DNA of 64,000 nucleotides from an uncultured Monoglobus sp. (GTDB lineage Bacteria; Bacillota; Clostridia; Monoglobales; Monoglobaceae): NCBI GenBank assembly GCA_947585115.1, contig CANPWW010000002.1, positions 9,875 to 73,874 of the forward strand, read 5' to 3'. Shown piece by piece: positions 54,327 to 64,000 of this stretch (position 1 is its first letter; each line of letters starts with the position of its first letter). The notes under the pieces were generated by a model. It saw only the letters and a program-made list of their open reading frames with translations, ran no database searches and was not told where the DNA came from. The position numbers and the translations under genes were made by a program.

Positions 54327-55619
54327 TTATTGCCGCACCACTTCGCCGTCGGTTATTCCTTTGGTGTTTATTATTACCTCGTCGTATATCTCGAGCGTCT
54401 CGTCGTAATCCGAATTAAGCACCGGCTCGATTATCGCCCATTCCTTGTTGTTGTAAATCAAATTCACGGGCACGAATCTGGCGACGCCCAGACGCACCAC
54501 GTACACGCCCTGCTGACCGTCGATCACTCTGAGCGACTCGGACGGAACCTTAAATCCGTCGGCGCTCTCCACAAACAGCTCCGCCGATACCTTGCTGGTT
54601 GTATAGATCGAATCGACATAGCTGGTCGAGTGGACCGTGACGGCCACTTTTCCGCCTTCGGGTCTGGATATTCTGCTGACCGTGCCGTATATCACCGAGT
54701 CGGACAGATCATAAAACCGCATTTTTATTGTTTGGCCTTCCTCAAAGTTGGCGGCTTGTTTTTCGGATATTATACCCGAAAAATACCATTCATAATTATT
54801 TATGACCTTGCACACGTTCTCGCCCGCGGTGACCGTCTCGCTCACCGAAACGTCGGCGGGTTTAAGATCGCTCAGATAGCCGGGCGCCGCGTTGTCGAGC
54901 ATAGAAGTGCTCAGCTCCTCCTCGTATCCGTCAATATGTGACGAAAAAACTCCGGGCGTCGGCGAATATATATACTGACCGCTGTACTCGCCCGACGATT
55001 CCAGCGCGTGAAGGCGCGCCTGAAGCTCGCCCAAACGCTCCTCGTCGGTTTTTCCTCCGTTTGTTGAGGACTGTTTTGCGGCGATATATCCGTCGATAAT
55101 ATCCTTTTCATTCGCTATATCCGCAAAATCGGCGCCGCTTCTTTTGTGCGCCATTTCCCGCGCCTGCTCGGCTATGCTGACCTCTATCCTGGCCGCGCTG
55201 CCCGAAAACACGTCGGCGGAAACGCGCGCGTTTTCTATCGCGCTGATCTTATTCTTGATATCGGCTATTTCCTCTATAGCCGCGGGGTCGACCGCGTTTT
55301 GATATACCGACGCCAGCGTGGCGCCTTCCACGATTCTCTCGCCTTCCTCGGCGACACATTCAAAATATCCGTCCGCGGGTGATTGAACCAGCGTCTGGTC
55401 CCTGAAAATAAAGCCGTCGGCCGATACGTATTCCTCTATATTTCCGTTAACGGCGGTGTAAGTGCTGACAGCGCTTCCCGCTCTGATTATCATGGTTATT
55501 ATAAGAAAGATAATCGCGAAAACCAGGGCGAGCTTGGGCACCAGAAACAGGTTCTTTTTTATTGATCTTTTGCGCCTGTTGCGCAATCTTTTATCTGAAT
55601 TGTCGGTAGTATTAGCCAC
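54327..55619 (-). CDS. HlyD-like membrane-fusion/adaptor-domain protein (one TM)
   Basis: N-terminal TM, barrel-sandwich-like SPADG/SPTPG motifs, coiled coil; GTG start after AGGAGG. Confidence 0.7.
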   Translation of the reverse strand: MANTTDNSDKRLRNRRKRSIKKNLFLVPKLALVFAIIFLIITMIIRAGSAVSTYTAVNGNIEEYVSADGFIFRDQTLVQSPADGYFECVAEEGERIVEGATLASVYQNAVDPAAIEEIADIKNKISAIENARVSADVFSGSAARIEVSIAEQAREMAHKRSGADFADIANEKDIIDGYIAAKQSSTNGGKTDEERLGELQARLHALESSGEYSGQYIYSPTPGVFSSHIDGYEEELSTSMLDNAAPGYLSDLKPADVSVSETVTAGENVCKVINNYEWYFSGIISEKQAANFEEGQTIKMRFYDLSDSVIYGTVSRISRPEGGKVAVTVHSTSYVDSIYTTSKVSAELFVESADGFKVPSESLRVIDGQQGVYVVRLGVARFVPVNLIYNNKEWAIIEPVLNSDYDETLEIYDEVIINTKGITDGEVVRQ

Positions 55620-55716
55620 AAGACTGCCTCCTATCAACTAACACTTTGGCATTCGCTGATTTATTCCGCTAAGCCTTTGCGCAATACGGAGCATAAAAAT
55701 CCAGTATCACTCATAT

Positions 55717-55745
55717 ATTATAAATCGCCCGCCTAATGATGTAAA
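55717..55745 (-). promoter_or_regulatory. Promoter of the HlyD-like/yggS/sepF operon
   Basis: TTTACA-N17-TATAAT. Confidence 0.6.
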
Positions 55746-55843
55746 TAATCCTCGCTGATTTGTTGAATAAATGTAACTTAATTGTAAAATTAAAAAGTCA
55801 TTTTCCGCCGCTCGTGCTAAATAAGAGCTCAAAAAAAGACTTT

Positions 55844-56716
55844 TTAAATACTAATTTTTATTATATTTTTGTTTCGCTTGAACCACGTTATCTGGCGCTT
55901 GGCGTATCTTCTGGTCTCAAGCTTTATCTTTTCGACCGCGTCATCAAGAGACATTTCACCGCGGATATATTCCGCCATCTCCTTATAGCCGATGGCCTGC
56001 ATTGCCGTCGAGTTTTTATCCGCTCCGTTTTCCAAAAGGCCTCGCACCTCGCCTTCAAGACCGGCCGCGATCATCATATCGACCCTTCGATTTATGCGCT
56101 CGTACAGCTCTTCGCGGGGACGGCTTATCTCATATATCTCCGCGTCGTAAATCGGCTCGCCCCTCTGCTCGACGTCCAGTTCCGACTTGGGTCTTCCGCT
56201 CAGATGATAAATTTCAAGCGCCCGTATGACGCGGCGCACATTGTTCGGGTGGATCTTTTCGGCAGAATCGGGGTCTATCTCCCGCAGCATGCCGTGCACA
56301 TATTCCGCGCCCTTTTCGCCGGCCAGTTTTTTCAGGCTCTCCCTGTATCCGGGGTCGCTTTTTGTTTCCGTGAAGCTTATGTTGTTTATGACGCTGTCGA
56401 AATAAAGTCCCGTTCCTCCGCAGAGTATCGGAAGTCTGCCGCGGCTTAATATATCGTCAATGCAGGCGCGCGCCATTTTCACGAATTTTGCCGCGCTGAA
56501 ATCCTCGTTCACATCGCAGATGTCGATCATGTGGTGCGGCACGCCGCGCATCTCGTCTTTTGTCGGCTTGGCGGTTCCTATGTCCATGCCGCGGTAGATC
56601 TGCATCGAGTCGCAGGAGACCACCTCGCCGTTTCTTTCAAGCGCCAGGTTCACGGCGTAATCGGTTTTTCCCGAGGCTGTGGGGCCGACGACCCCGACTA
56701 TTTTCGGCTTGCTCAC
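55844..56716 (-). CDS. miaA: tRNA dimethylallyltransferase
   Basis: GPTASGKT, DSMQIYRGMDIGTAKP, GGTGLY, RRYAKRQITWF. Confidence 0.97.
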   Translation of the reverse strand: MSKPKIVGVVGPTASGKTDYAVNLALERNGEVVSCDSMQIYRGMDIGTAKPTKDEMRGVPHHMIDICDVNEDFSAAKFVKMARACIDDILSRGRLPILCGGTGLYFDSVINNISFTETKSDPGYRESLKKLAGEKGAEYVHGMLREIDPDSAEKIHPNNVRRVIRALEIYHLSGRPKSELDVEQRGEPIYDAEIYEISRPREELYERINRRVDMMIAAGLEGEVRGLLENGADKNSTAMQAIGYKEMAEYIRGEMSLDDAVEKIKLETRRYAKRQITWFKRNKNIIKISI

Positions 56717-56729
56717 GGCTATGCCTCCT

Positions 56730-58667
56730 TTACACTATCCTTCCGAACATTTTTTCGATCTTTGTTTTGGAAAGGCTTATAACTATCGGCCGTCCGTGGG
56801 GACAGGTCTTGATCCCGCGCCCGCGCAGCTCCTCGACCTGCTCGACAACCTTGTTCATCTCGGGCAGGGAAAGCCTGTCGCCGCCCTTTATCGCTTTTTT
56901 GCACGAGATCATATCGAGGGCTTTTTCCTCAAAATCCGCCACGGGATGCCTTATATTGTCGCGCACCGCGTTTAATATCTCATACAGCAGAGACTTGATC
57001 TCCTCGTCGGATGCGATTATCGGCGTCTCGTTGATAACGATCGAGCCGCCGCCGAAATCCGCGATCTCAAAGCCGAACTTTTTAAAGGTCTCAAGATTTT
57101 CCATGACCGCGCTGTACTCGGCGTGTCCGAGGCTTACGGCTATCGGCGTAAGCAGCAGCTGCGACAGCCTCTCGTTTTTGCGGTACGCCTCTTTGAGTTC
57201 CTCGAACCCGAACCTCTCGTGCGCCGCATGCTGGTCTATCAGATACATTTTGTCGCGCGACGCCAGAATTATGTAGGTGTTAAACACCTGACCGATTATT
57301 TTGCAGTCGGAAAATAACGCTGTGTCGGGCTCGTCGAGACCCAGCTGAACGTCAAAATCCTCGGCGTCCGCGGCCGGGCTCGAAACGCCGCCGATATCGT
57401 CCGCCTTGCCGATCGGGGAAATATCATCCCTCTTATCCGGCGAAGGAATATCCTCGATCCGCGGAACATCGCTTGCGCCGCTATCCGAAAAGTTTTTTTC
57501 GGGCATATGAATCTCGCCCGTTATTTTGGGCTTGGTGTATTCAAGATAGTCGCGCACGACCTTTTTGCTTATTTTTTCGCTCTCGCGCGGAGGGTATGAG
57601 CCCGTGCCGCTGTCTCTCAGAACCGCGCGGCTCTTTTCCGGTTCTTTGCTTTGCTCCGGTTTTTCCGCGGGTCTGCCGCCGTAGAGAGCGTTTTTCATCG
57701 CGTGGTAAATTATATCGTAGAGCTCCTTCTCGTTGGCGAATTTGACCTCGGTTTTCGCCGGGTGCACATTGACGTCGACAAGCTCGGGCGGCATTTTTAT
57801 ATCCAGCACAAAAAACGGGAACCTGCCAACCATAAGGGCGTTGCGGAACGCCTCCTCGGCAATTTTCGCTATCACATGATTTTTTATATATCTGCCGTTG
57901 ACAAACACCGTCTGCTTTGTTCGGTTGCCGAATGACAGCTGCTCGGGCCTCCCCGCCGCGCCGGTAACGCGGATACCGCCCTCGGCATAGTCGAGCGGAA
58001 TGACCGCCCTCGCGAATTTCAGGCCGTAGACCTTGAGTATCACGTTTTTTATGTCGCCGTCGCCGCTTGTGACAAACACCGTGCTGCCGTCGCAGATATA
58101 CTCAAAGGCGATATCGGGCTTTGAGAGCGCCAGCCTTGTCATAAGGTCGGACACGTAGCCCGCTTCGGTGCTGTCTTTTTTCAGGAACTTCATGCGGGCG
58201 GGAACGTTTAAAAACAGGTCCTCGACCGACATTATCGTGCCGACGCCGCAGGCGATCTCGTCCTCCTCGCCGCACACGCCGTGATCCACGACATAGTGGG
58301 CGCCAAGCTCGTCGATCTCGGTTCGGGTGATGACCTCCACCCTCGCCACGGCGCAGATGCTTGACAGCGCCTCGCCGCGGAATCCCATGGTGGATATGCT
58401 GTAGAGGTCGCTCTCGTTTCTCAGCTTGCTGGTCGCGTGGCGCAGAAACGCTGTCTTGACCTGATCTCTCGGTATTCCGCAGCCGTTATCGGTAACGCGT
58501 ATCAGCTTGACGCCGCCGTTTTTTATCTCGACGGTTATCTTGTCCGCTCCCGCGTCTATGGCGTTTTCGGTCAGTTCTTTAACTACGGCGCTCGGCCGCT
58601 CCGCCACCTCGCCCGCGGCTATTTTGTCGGCCACCTCCTCGGGCAGCACCCGTATTTCATTCGGCAT
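56730..58667 (-). CDS. mutL: DNA mismatch repair endonuclease MutL
   Basis: IAAGEV, GFRGEAL, DVNVHP.K, DQHAAHER, CPHGRP. Confidence 0.97.
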   Translation of the reverse strand: MPNEIRVLPEEVADKIAAGEVAERPSAVVKELTENAIDAGADKITVEIKNGGVKLIRVTDNGCGIPRDQVKTAFLRHATSKLRNESDLYSISTMGFRGEALSSICAVARVEVITRTEIDELGAHYVVDHGVCGEEDEIACGVGTIMSVEDLFLNVPARMKFLKKDSTEAGYVSDLMTRLALSKPDIAFEYICDGSTVFVTSGDGDIKNVILKVYGLKFARAVIPLDYAEGGIRVTGAAGRPEQLSFGNRTKQTVFVNGRYIKNHVIAKIAEEAFRNALMVGRFPFFVLDIKMPPELVDVNVHPAKTEVKFANEKELYDIIYHAMKNALYGGRPAEKPEQSKEPEKSRAVLRDSGTGSYPPRESEKISKKVVRDYLEYTKPKITGEIHMPEKNFSDSGASDVPRIEDIPSPDKRDDISPIGKADDIGGVSSPAADAEDFDVQLGLDEPDTALFSDCKIIGQVFNTYIILASRDKMYLIDQHAAHERFGFEELKEAYRKNERLSQLLLTPIAVSLGHAEYSAVMENLETFKKFGFEIADFGGGSIVINETPIIASDEEIKSLLYEILNAVRDNIRHPVADFEEKALDMISCKKAIKGGDRLSLPEMNKVVEQVEELRGRGIKTCPHGRPIVISLSKTKIEKMFGRIV

Positions 58668-58687
58668 GGTTTTCACCCCATTATGTT

Positions 58688-61327
58688 TTATTCGTTTTGC
58701 ACCTCGGCTTTAAGCTCGTATAATTTTGTCAGCGCCTCGATCGGCGTGATCGTGTTCAGGTCCATCTGTTTCAGCTTCGCCACAACGGGGCTTTCGGCCT
58801 GAGCGAAGAAGTCAAGCTGATTTTCGTCCCGCTTTTTTTGTTTGTCGGCGGCTGTTCTGATATTCTTTGTGCTGACCTGCTTTTTGTCGCGGCTCTCAAG
58901 ATCGACGGCAATCTCCTTGGCTCGGCGTATCACGGATTTTTTGACTCCCGCCAGCGCGGCGACCTCAACGCCGTAGCTCTCGTCGGCTCCGCCTCTTATA
59001 ATTTTCCTGAGGAAGGTTATATTGTCGCCCTTCTTGCGCGCCGCGATGCAGTAGTTTTTGACATTCTTTATCTTGTCCTCAAGCTCGGTCAGCTCGTGGT
59101 AGTGGGTGGCGAACAAGGTTTTCGCGCCGCATTTTTTCACGTCGGCTATATACTCGACGACCGCCCAGGCAATGCTCAGTCCGTCGTAGGTGCTGGTTCC
59201 TCTGCCGATCTCGTCGAGGATTATCAGGCTGTTTCTTGTGGCGTTGTTTAAAATATACGCCACCTCTTTCATCTCGACCATGAACGTGCTGTCGCCGGAG
59301 CTCAAATCATCGCTTGCGCCCACGCGGGTGAATATCCGATCAACAATCCCGATCTCCGCCGAGGCGGCCGGAACAAAGCTTCCCATCTGCGCCATAAGCG
59401 CTATAACGGCGATCTGCCGCATATATGTGGATTTTCCGGCCATGTTGGGGCCCGTTATGATCGCTATCTGGTTCTCGCGGTTGTCAAGCTCCGCGTCGTT
59501 CGGGATAAACAGCGCCGATCGGTTCAGCGCCTCCACCACCGGGTGGCGGCCGTCTTTTATCACTATTCTGTCGGAGTTTGTCATGACCGGCATGACGTAG
59601 TTCCGCTCCTCGGCGACCTTGGCAAGAGAGCTCAGCACATCGATCATCGCCACCGCCGACGCCGTCTCGCGCACGCGCTCGCAGCTCTCGCCGACTTTGT
59701 CGCGCACGCGGCAGAACATCTCATACTCAAGATCGGTCACCTTGGAGTCGGCGTTTAAGATCTGCTCCTCCAGTTCTTTTATCTTTGGCGTTATATATCT
59801 CTCGCCATTTACCAGCGTCTGTTTTCTTATAAAATAATCGGGCACGTTTTCGGTCTGGGCGTTGCTGACCTCTATGTAATATCCGAAAACCTTGTTAAAG
59901 CCCAGTCTCATGGTTTTGATGCCCGTGTTTTTCTTTTCCTCCTCCACCATGCCGATCAGCCATTTGCGGCCGTTGTCGCGCAGGTCGCGCAGTTTGTCGA
60001 TCTCCTCGTCCGCTCCGTTTTTTATCATGTTTCCGTTCCGAAGCGAGACAGGAGCCTCGGGGTCGATAGACTCAAATATCAGCTGCCTCAGATCGCTCAG
60101 ATCGTCCAGACGGCGCAGCTGCTCGCGTATGAGCTTGCTCTCGCAGCCACTCAGCAGCTTTTTAAGCGCGGGCAGGTTCTCAAACGAATTCATCAGATTC
60201 AGCAGATCGTGGCAGTTGGCGGTCTTGTACGCGACCTTGGTTATCGTGCGCTCTATGTCCTTTACGCCGCCCAGCAGCTCGGCTGTTTCCTCCCGCAGCA
60301 TCGGGTTTTTGAAAAACTCGTCGACCGCTATGTGGCGGTTGGTTATCGCTATGCGATTGAGCAGCGGCGCTGTTATCATTCTGCGCAGCATGCGGCTGCC
60401 CATGGCGGTTCGGGTGCGGCTCAGCACGCTGAGCAGGCTGCCTCTGAAGCTTCCGCCCCTGATAGTCTCGGTTATCTCCAGGTTCCGCATGCTGTAGGCG
60501 TCGATCAGCATGGTCGGGCTCTCGCTTATTATCTCGGGAATTTTTATGTTTTTGAGCTCGGTTTTCTGGGTCTCGGTCAAAAACGCCAGCGCGCCGCCCA
60601 TAGCGCGGTACATCATGCCGCGCCCGAGCTTCAGATCTCCCGCCGTCTCGTCTCCGAATCGCTCGGGCACCGTCTTGTCGGCCTGCTCCTCGGAAAACGC
60701 CCAATCGTAGTAATTGCGCACAAAGCAGCCGAACCTGTTTTTGATATCCTCAACAAATCCGGTGTTTTCGTAGGCCTCAAGGTTCATTATGATCTCAACG
60801 GGGCTGAACCGCGTGAGCGCGTCTATGGTCTTGCTTACCGCGTCGTCTCCGAAATATTCTCCGGCATAGGTCTCGCCCGTGGTTATATCGGCGAAAACAA
60901 GTCCAAAAGCGCCGCCGCTTTTCGCGAAGGCGCACAGGTAGTTATTTTTCTTGTCGTCAAGGGCGGCAGTATCCATGATCGTGCCCGGGGTTATCACGCG
61001 GATAACCTCGCGGCGGACTATGCCCTTGGCCTCGGCGGGATCCTCCGCCTGCTCGCACACCGCCACGTTGTATCCGGCGGCCACGAGCTTTACTATATAA
61101 CTATCCACAGAATGGAAAGGCACGCCGCACATGGGCGCCTTTTCCTTAAGGCCGCAGGCGCGGCCCGTCAGAGCGATATCAAGAACCTTGGACGCGGTCA
61201 GCGCGTCCTCGAAAAACATCTCGTAGAAATCCCCCAGGCGATATAGCAGTATGCTGTCGGGGTAATTGTCCTTGACCTCAAAATACTGACGCATCATCGG
61301 CGTCAGATTGTTTTTGTCTATTATCAT
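58688..61327 (-). CDS. mutS: DNA mismatch repair protein MutS
   Basis: GDFYEMF, GRHPVVE, TGPNMAGKST, DEIGRGTST; TGATG coupling to ylbF. Confidence 0.97.
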   Translation of the reverse strand: MIIDKNNLTPMMRQYFEVKDNYPDSILLYRLGDFYEMFFEDALTASKVLDIALTGRACGLKEKAPMCGVPFHSVDSYIVKLVAAGYNVAVCEQAEDPAEAKGIVRREVIRVITPGTIMDTAALDDKKNNYLCAFAKSGGAFGLVFADITTGETYAGEYFGDDAVSKTIDALTRFSPVEIIMNLEAYENTGFVEDIKNRFGCFVRNYYDWAFSEEQADKTVPERFGDETAGDLKLGRGMMYRAMGGALAFLTETQKTELKNIKIPEIISESPTMLIDAYSMRNLEITETIRGGSFRGSLLSVLSRTRTAMGSRMLRRMITAPLLNRIAITNRHIAVDEFFKNPMLREETAELLGGVKDIERTITKVAYKTANCHDLLNLMNSFENLPALKKLLSGCESKLIREQLRRLDDLSDLRQLIFESIDPEAPVSLRNGNMIKNGADEEIDKLRDLRDNGRKWLIGMVEEEKKNTGIKTMRLGFNKVFGYYIEVSNAQTENVPDYFIRKQTLVNGERYITPKIKELEEQILNADSKVTDLEYEMFCRVRDKVGESCERVRETASAVAMIDVLSSLAKVAEERNYVMPVMTNSDRIVIKDGRHPVVEALNRSALFIPNDAELDNRENQIAIITGPNMAGKSTYMRQIAVIALMAQMGSFVPAASAEIGIVDRIFTRVGASDDLSSGDSTFMVEMKEVAYILNNATRNSLIILDEIGRGTSTYDGLSIAWAVVEYIADVKKCGAKTLFATHYHELTELEDKIKNVKNYCIAARKKGDNITFLRKIIRGGADESYGVEVAALAGVKKSVIRRAKEIAVDLESRDKKQVSTKNIRTAADKQKKRDENQLDFFAQAESPVVAKLKQMDLNTITPIEALTKLYELKAEVQNE

Positions 61328-61719
61328 CAGTGGCATCCGCCGCAGGTCGCGCAGCTTCCGCTGCAACCCTCCTGCTCTCCCGCGATAAAGTGCTTGAGTA
61401 TTCCGTCCATGCGGCCCAGAAGCATTTCGTAATCCCTGGCGGCCTCCAGATATTCCTTGATTATCGGATTCACCGTCAGCTTTTCAAACTCGCGCTGAAG
61501 ATAGTCGTTGACCTCCTGCGCCTCCTCCTTTGTGGGGGTCTTGTTTGAATACTCAGCCATTTTTTCCTCTCTGATTCTGTTGTAGTTATCGATCAGGCCC
61601 TTTGCCTCGTCATCCTCCAAAAGAGCGCGGCTGGTCTCGTCGGAACGTTTTTTCGTCTCGCTGCTTCTGATAAGCTCGCCCAGCTCTCTCGCCTTTTCGA
61701 AAATTTCCTCGTTTTGCAT
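61327..61719 (-). CDS. ylbF: YlbF/YmcA (Ric) family protein with Cys-rich tail
   Basis: ARELGELI...; C-terminal CSGSCATCGGCH. Confidence 0.8.
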   Translation of the reverse strand: MQNEEIFEKARELGELIRSSETKKRSDETSRALLEDDEAKGLIDNYNRIREEKMAEYSNKTPTKEEAQEVNDYLQREFEKLTVNPIIKEYLEAARDYEMLLGRMDGILKHFIAGEQEGCSGSCATCGGCH

Positions 61720-61746
61720 ATATTTATCTCCTTTAATTGATTATCT

Positions 61747-63183
61747 TTAAATCATCTCTCCGGTGAGCGACCATGTCTGAGCGCCCGTTATCCTGACATT
61801 AACAAGCTTGCCCGTCAGCGCGTCCTTCTCGCAGTCTCCCATATTCGGGCAGCCGATATTCACGATCTTGCCGCCCTCGGTCCTGCCCGTTACTGTCTCG
61901 GGATTGGTTTTGCTCCGTCCCTCGATTAGCACGGTCTGCTCGGTGTCAATATATTTCAGGTTCTTTTGCTTTGAGATCTCGTTCTGCACCTTGAGCATCT
62001 CGTCAAAATTCCTGTGCTTTTCCTCGTCGGTCAGACAGTCGGGCATCTCCGCCGCGGGCGTGCCGACGCGCCTTGAATATATAAACGAGAATATCATGTC
62101 GTACTCCGCCTCGCGCAGCGCGCTGAGCGTCTCGGCAAAATCCTCGTTCGTCTCGCCGGGGAACCCGCAAATTATATCGGTCGTCAGCACTATGTCGGGC
62201 ATCGCCGCCCGAATTTTGCGCAACTTTTCCATATACTCGGCTCGGGTGTATTTTCGGTTCATCGCCTTTAGCACCCTGTCGGAGCCCGACTGTATCGGCA
62301 GATGCAGCTGCTTGCAGATCTTGGGTTCCTCCGCCATCGTTTTTATCAGCTCGTCCGATATGTCCTTGGGGTGGCTGGTCATAAAGCGTATGCGCTCAAT
62401 GCCGTCGATCTTCGCGACTTCTCTAAGCAGTCCCGCGAACGTGAGGCCGCCGCTCAGGTCGTTTCCGTAGGAATTGACGTTCTGGCCCAGCAGCATGATC
62501 TCTCGATAGCCCTGATTCGCGACGCTCTCGCACTCGGCAAGTATGTTCTCGTCCGAGCGGCTGCGCTCTCTGCCTCGGACGTAGGGCACCACACAATACG
62601 TGCAAAAGTTGTTGCAGCCGTACATGATCGGAACTTTCGCCAGAGGCGGAACATCACGCTCAAGCGGCACGTTTTCAACAATCTCGCCCCTCTCGCCCTC
62701 TATGTCAACGACCCTGCCGCCCTCTAAGGCCTCGCAGAGTATCTGCGGAAATCTGTAGAGCGCGTGGGTGCCGAACACCATGTCCACATGCTTGTATTTT
62801 TTCCCGATGGTCTCGGCGATATGCTTCTGCTGTATCATGCAGCCGCAAACTCCGATGAGCATATTCGGGTTCCTGCGCTTGTTGTGTTTAAGCGCGCCTA
62901 AGTTTCCGAACACCTTGAGCTCGGCGTTCTCGCGCACGGCGCAGGTGTTGAATATCACAAGGTCCGCGCCCTCGGCTGAGCCGATCAGTCTGTAGCCCAT
63001 GTCACGCAGCATTCCCGAAAGCTTTTCGGAATCGCTGACATTCTGCTGGCAGCCGTAGGTCTCAACAAACGCCGCGGGCGGAACCTCCCTCATACGGTTA
63101 AGCTCCAGGACCCGCGCCATAAAATCTCTCTGCCGCGCGGGGGCCGAAGCCCCCGGCGCGGCGGAACTATTCAAATTATTCAT
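61747..63183 (-). CDS. miaB: tRNA-2-methylthio-N6-dimethylallyladenosine synthase
   Basis: TYGCQQN, NTCAVRE, GCNNFCTYC, TRAM domain. Confidence 0.97.
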   Translation of the reverse strand: MNNLNSSAAPGASAPARQRDFMARVLELNRMREVPPAAFVETYGCQQNVSDSEKLSGMLRDMGYRLIGSAEGADLVIFNTCAVRENAELKVFGNLGALKHNKRRNPNMLIGVCGCMIQQKHIAETIGKKYKHVDMVFGTHALYRFPQILCEALEGGRVVDIEGERGEIVENVPLERDVPPLAKVPIMYGCNNFCTYCVVPYVRGRERSRSDENILAECESVANQGYREIMLLGQNVNSYGNDLSGGLTFAGLLREVAKIDGIERIRFMTSHPKDISDELIKTMAEEPKICKQLHLPIQSGSDRVLKAMNRKYTRAEYMEKLRKIRAAMPDIVLTTDIICGFPGETNEDFAETLSALREAEYDMIFSFIYSRRVGTPAAEMPDCLTDEEKHRNFDEMLKVQNEISKQKNLKYIDTEQTVLIEGRSKTNPETVTGRTEGGKIVNIGCPNMGDCEKDALTGKLVNVRITGAQTWSLTGEMI

Positions 63184-63184
63184 G

Positions 63185-64000
63185 CTATACCGTCTCTCCG
63201 GATTTATATCTTTCCAGAATTCTGTTGATCTTCTTCATCGGCGTGAGCAGCTCGCTGATCGAGCAGTCGCCGTTAAGCTGTCTGATGATAAGGCCGATAA
63301 ACTTCGACATATCGACCTCGTGGTACCACTCGCAGTCCTTGAGCTCCGGGCGCCTGTAGACCGTGTTGGTCGTGAACACCGCGTCGATCAGACCCTCGGC
63401 GTACGCCTTGTTGAACTTCTCGACTCCCTCGGTGAAAAGGCCGAAGGACGAGAACACGATAACCCGTTTCGCGTGGCGCTTTTTGAGCTCCTTGGCAACG
63501 TCCAGCAGCGACTCGCCCGAGGCGATCATATCGTCGACCACTATAACGTTTTTATCGTTTATGTCTTTTCCCAAAAACTGATGGGCCACGATCGGGTTCT
63601 TGCCGTTTACCACTCTTGAGTAGTCGCGGCGCTTGTAGAACATAACAAGGTCCATGCTCAGCACCGACGAATAGTACATACATCTGCCCATCGCTCCCTC
63701 GTCGGGCGACACGATAAGCGTTTCGTCGGGCTTTAAAATAATATCCGAGTTGTACCTGAGACACGCCTTTATCATCTGATAGGTGGGGCGGACGTTCTCG
63801 AAGCTCTTTAGCGGTATCGCGTTCTGAACCCTTGAGTCGTGGGCGTCGAACGTGATAAAATTGTCAACTCCCATGTTCGTCAGCTCCTGAAGCATCATTG
63901 CCGCGTCCAGAGACTCGCGGGCGATCCTTCTGTGCTGTCTGCCCTCGTACATCATCGGCATGATAACGGTTATGCGCTTAGCCTTGCCGCCCAGAGCCGA
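63185..64000 (-). CDS. prs: Ribose-phosphate pyrophosphokinase (5' end outside window)
   Basis: VSPDEGA, VVDDMIASGES PRPP-binding motif. Confidence 0.9.
   Translation of the reverse strand, partial: SALGGKAKRITVIMPMMYEGRQHRRIARESLDAAMMLQELTNMGVDNFITFDAHDSRVQNAIPLKSFENVRPTYQMIKACLRYNSDIILKPDETLIVSPDEGAMGRCMYYSSVLSMDLVMFYKRRDYSRVVNGKNPIVAHQFLGKDINDKNVIVVDDMIASGESLLDVAKELKKRHAKRVIVFSSFGLFTEGVEKFNKAYAEGLIDAVFTTNTVYRRPELKDCEWYHEVDMSKFIGLIIRQLNGDCSISELLTPMKKINRILERYKSGETV

Noticed and set aside
55674-55713. 17-aa minus-strand ORF after miaA (core coordinates approximate)
   Set aside because: No SD and no distinctive composition; it lies in the leader of the next operon

Overview
A 64-kb, mostly GC-rich chromosomal window from a Clostridia-type Firmicute, probably a pectin-degrading gut organism (inferred from gene content). 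Most of it is housekeeping: sbcDC, coaX, malic enzyme, prmA, alaS, trmL, comM, pdxK, hpf, asd-dapA-dapB, rpsT, galE, yggS-sepF-ylmH-divIVA-lspA-rluD and prs-miaB-ylbF-mutS-mutL-miaA. Accessory genes include an ankyrin-GH43 fusion, an SLH-anchored serpin, a PL9 and two tandem PL1 pectate lyases, a dinJ-yafQ toxin-antitoxin (TA) pair and a BlaI/BlaR1-like/WG-repeat operon. The strongest signal missing from the ORF track is a pair of paralogous ~420-bp modules (5785-6206 and 44111-44520). Each has a 27-aa hydrophobic peptide gene with a structured leader and a sequestered SD, plus a convergent ~100-nt RNA driven by a perfect TTGACA-N17-TATAAT promoter. The peptide mRNA tail can pair with its own leader. 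This looks like an uncharacterised type I TA-like or peptide/antisense-RNA system, and both copies lie directly upstream of CAZyme genes. Other candidates are a shared C-terminal module on all three lyases, a shared upstream motif at both lyase promoters, a ~160-nt sRNA next to dinJ-yafQ, a MocR regulator lacking the PLP lysine, and REP-like palindrome families. No CRISPR array, tRNA, rRNA, transposase or prophage was seen. All calls were made by eye; no database searches were run, so novelty is unverified.
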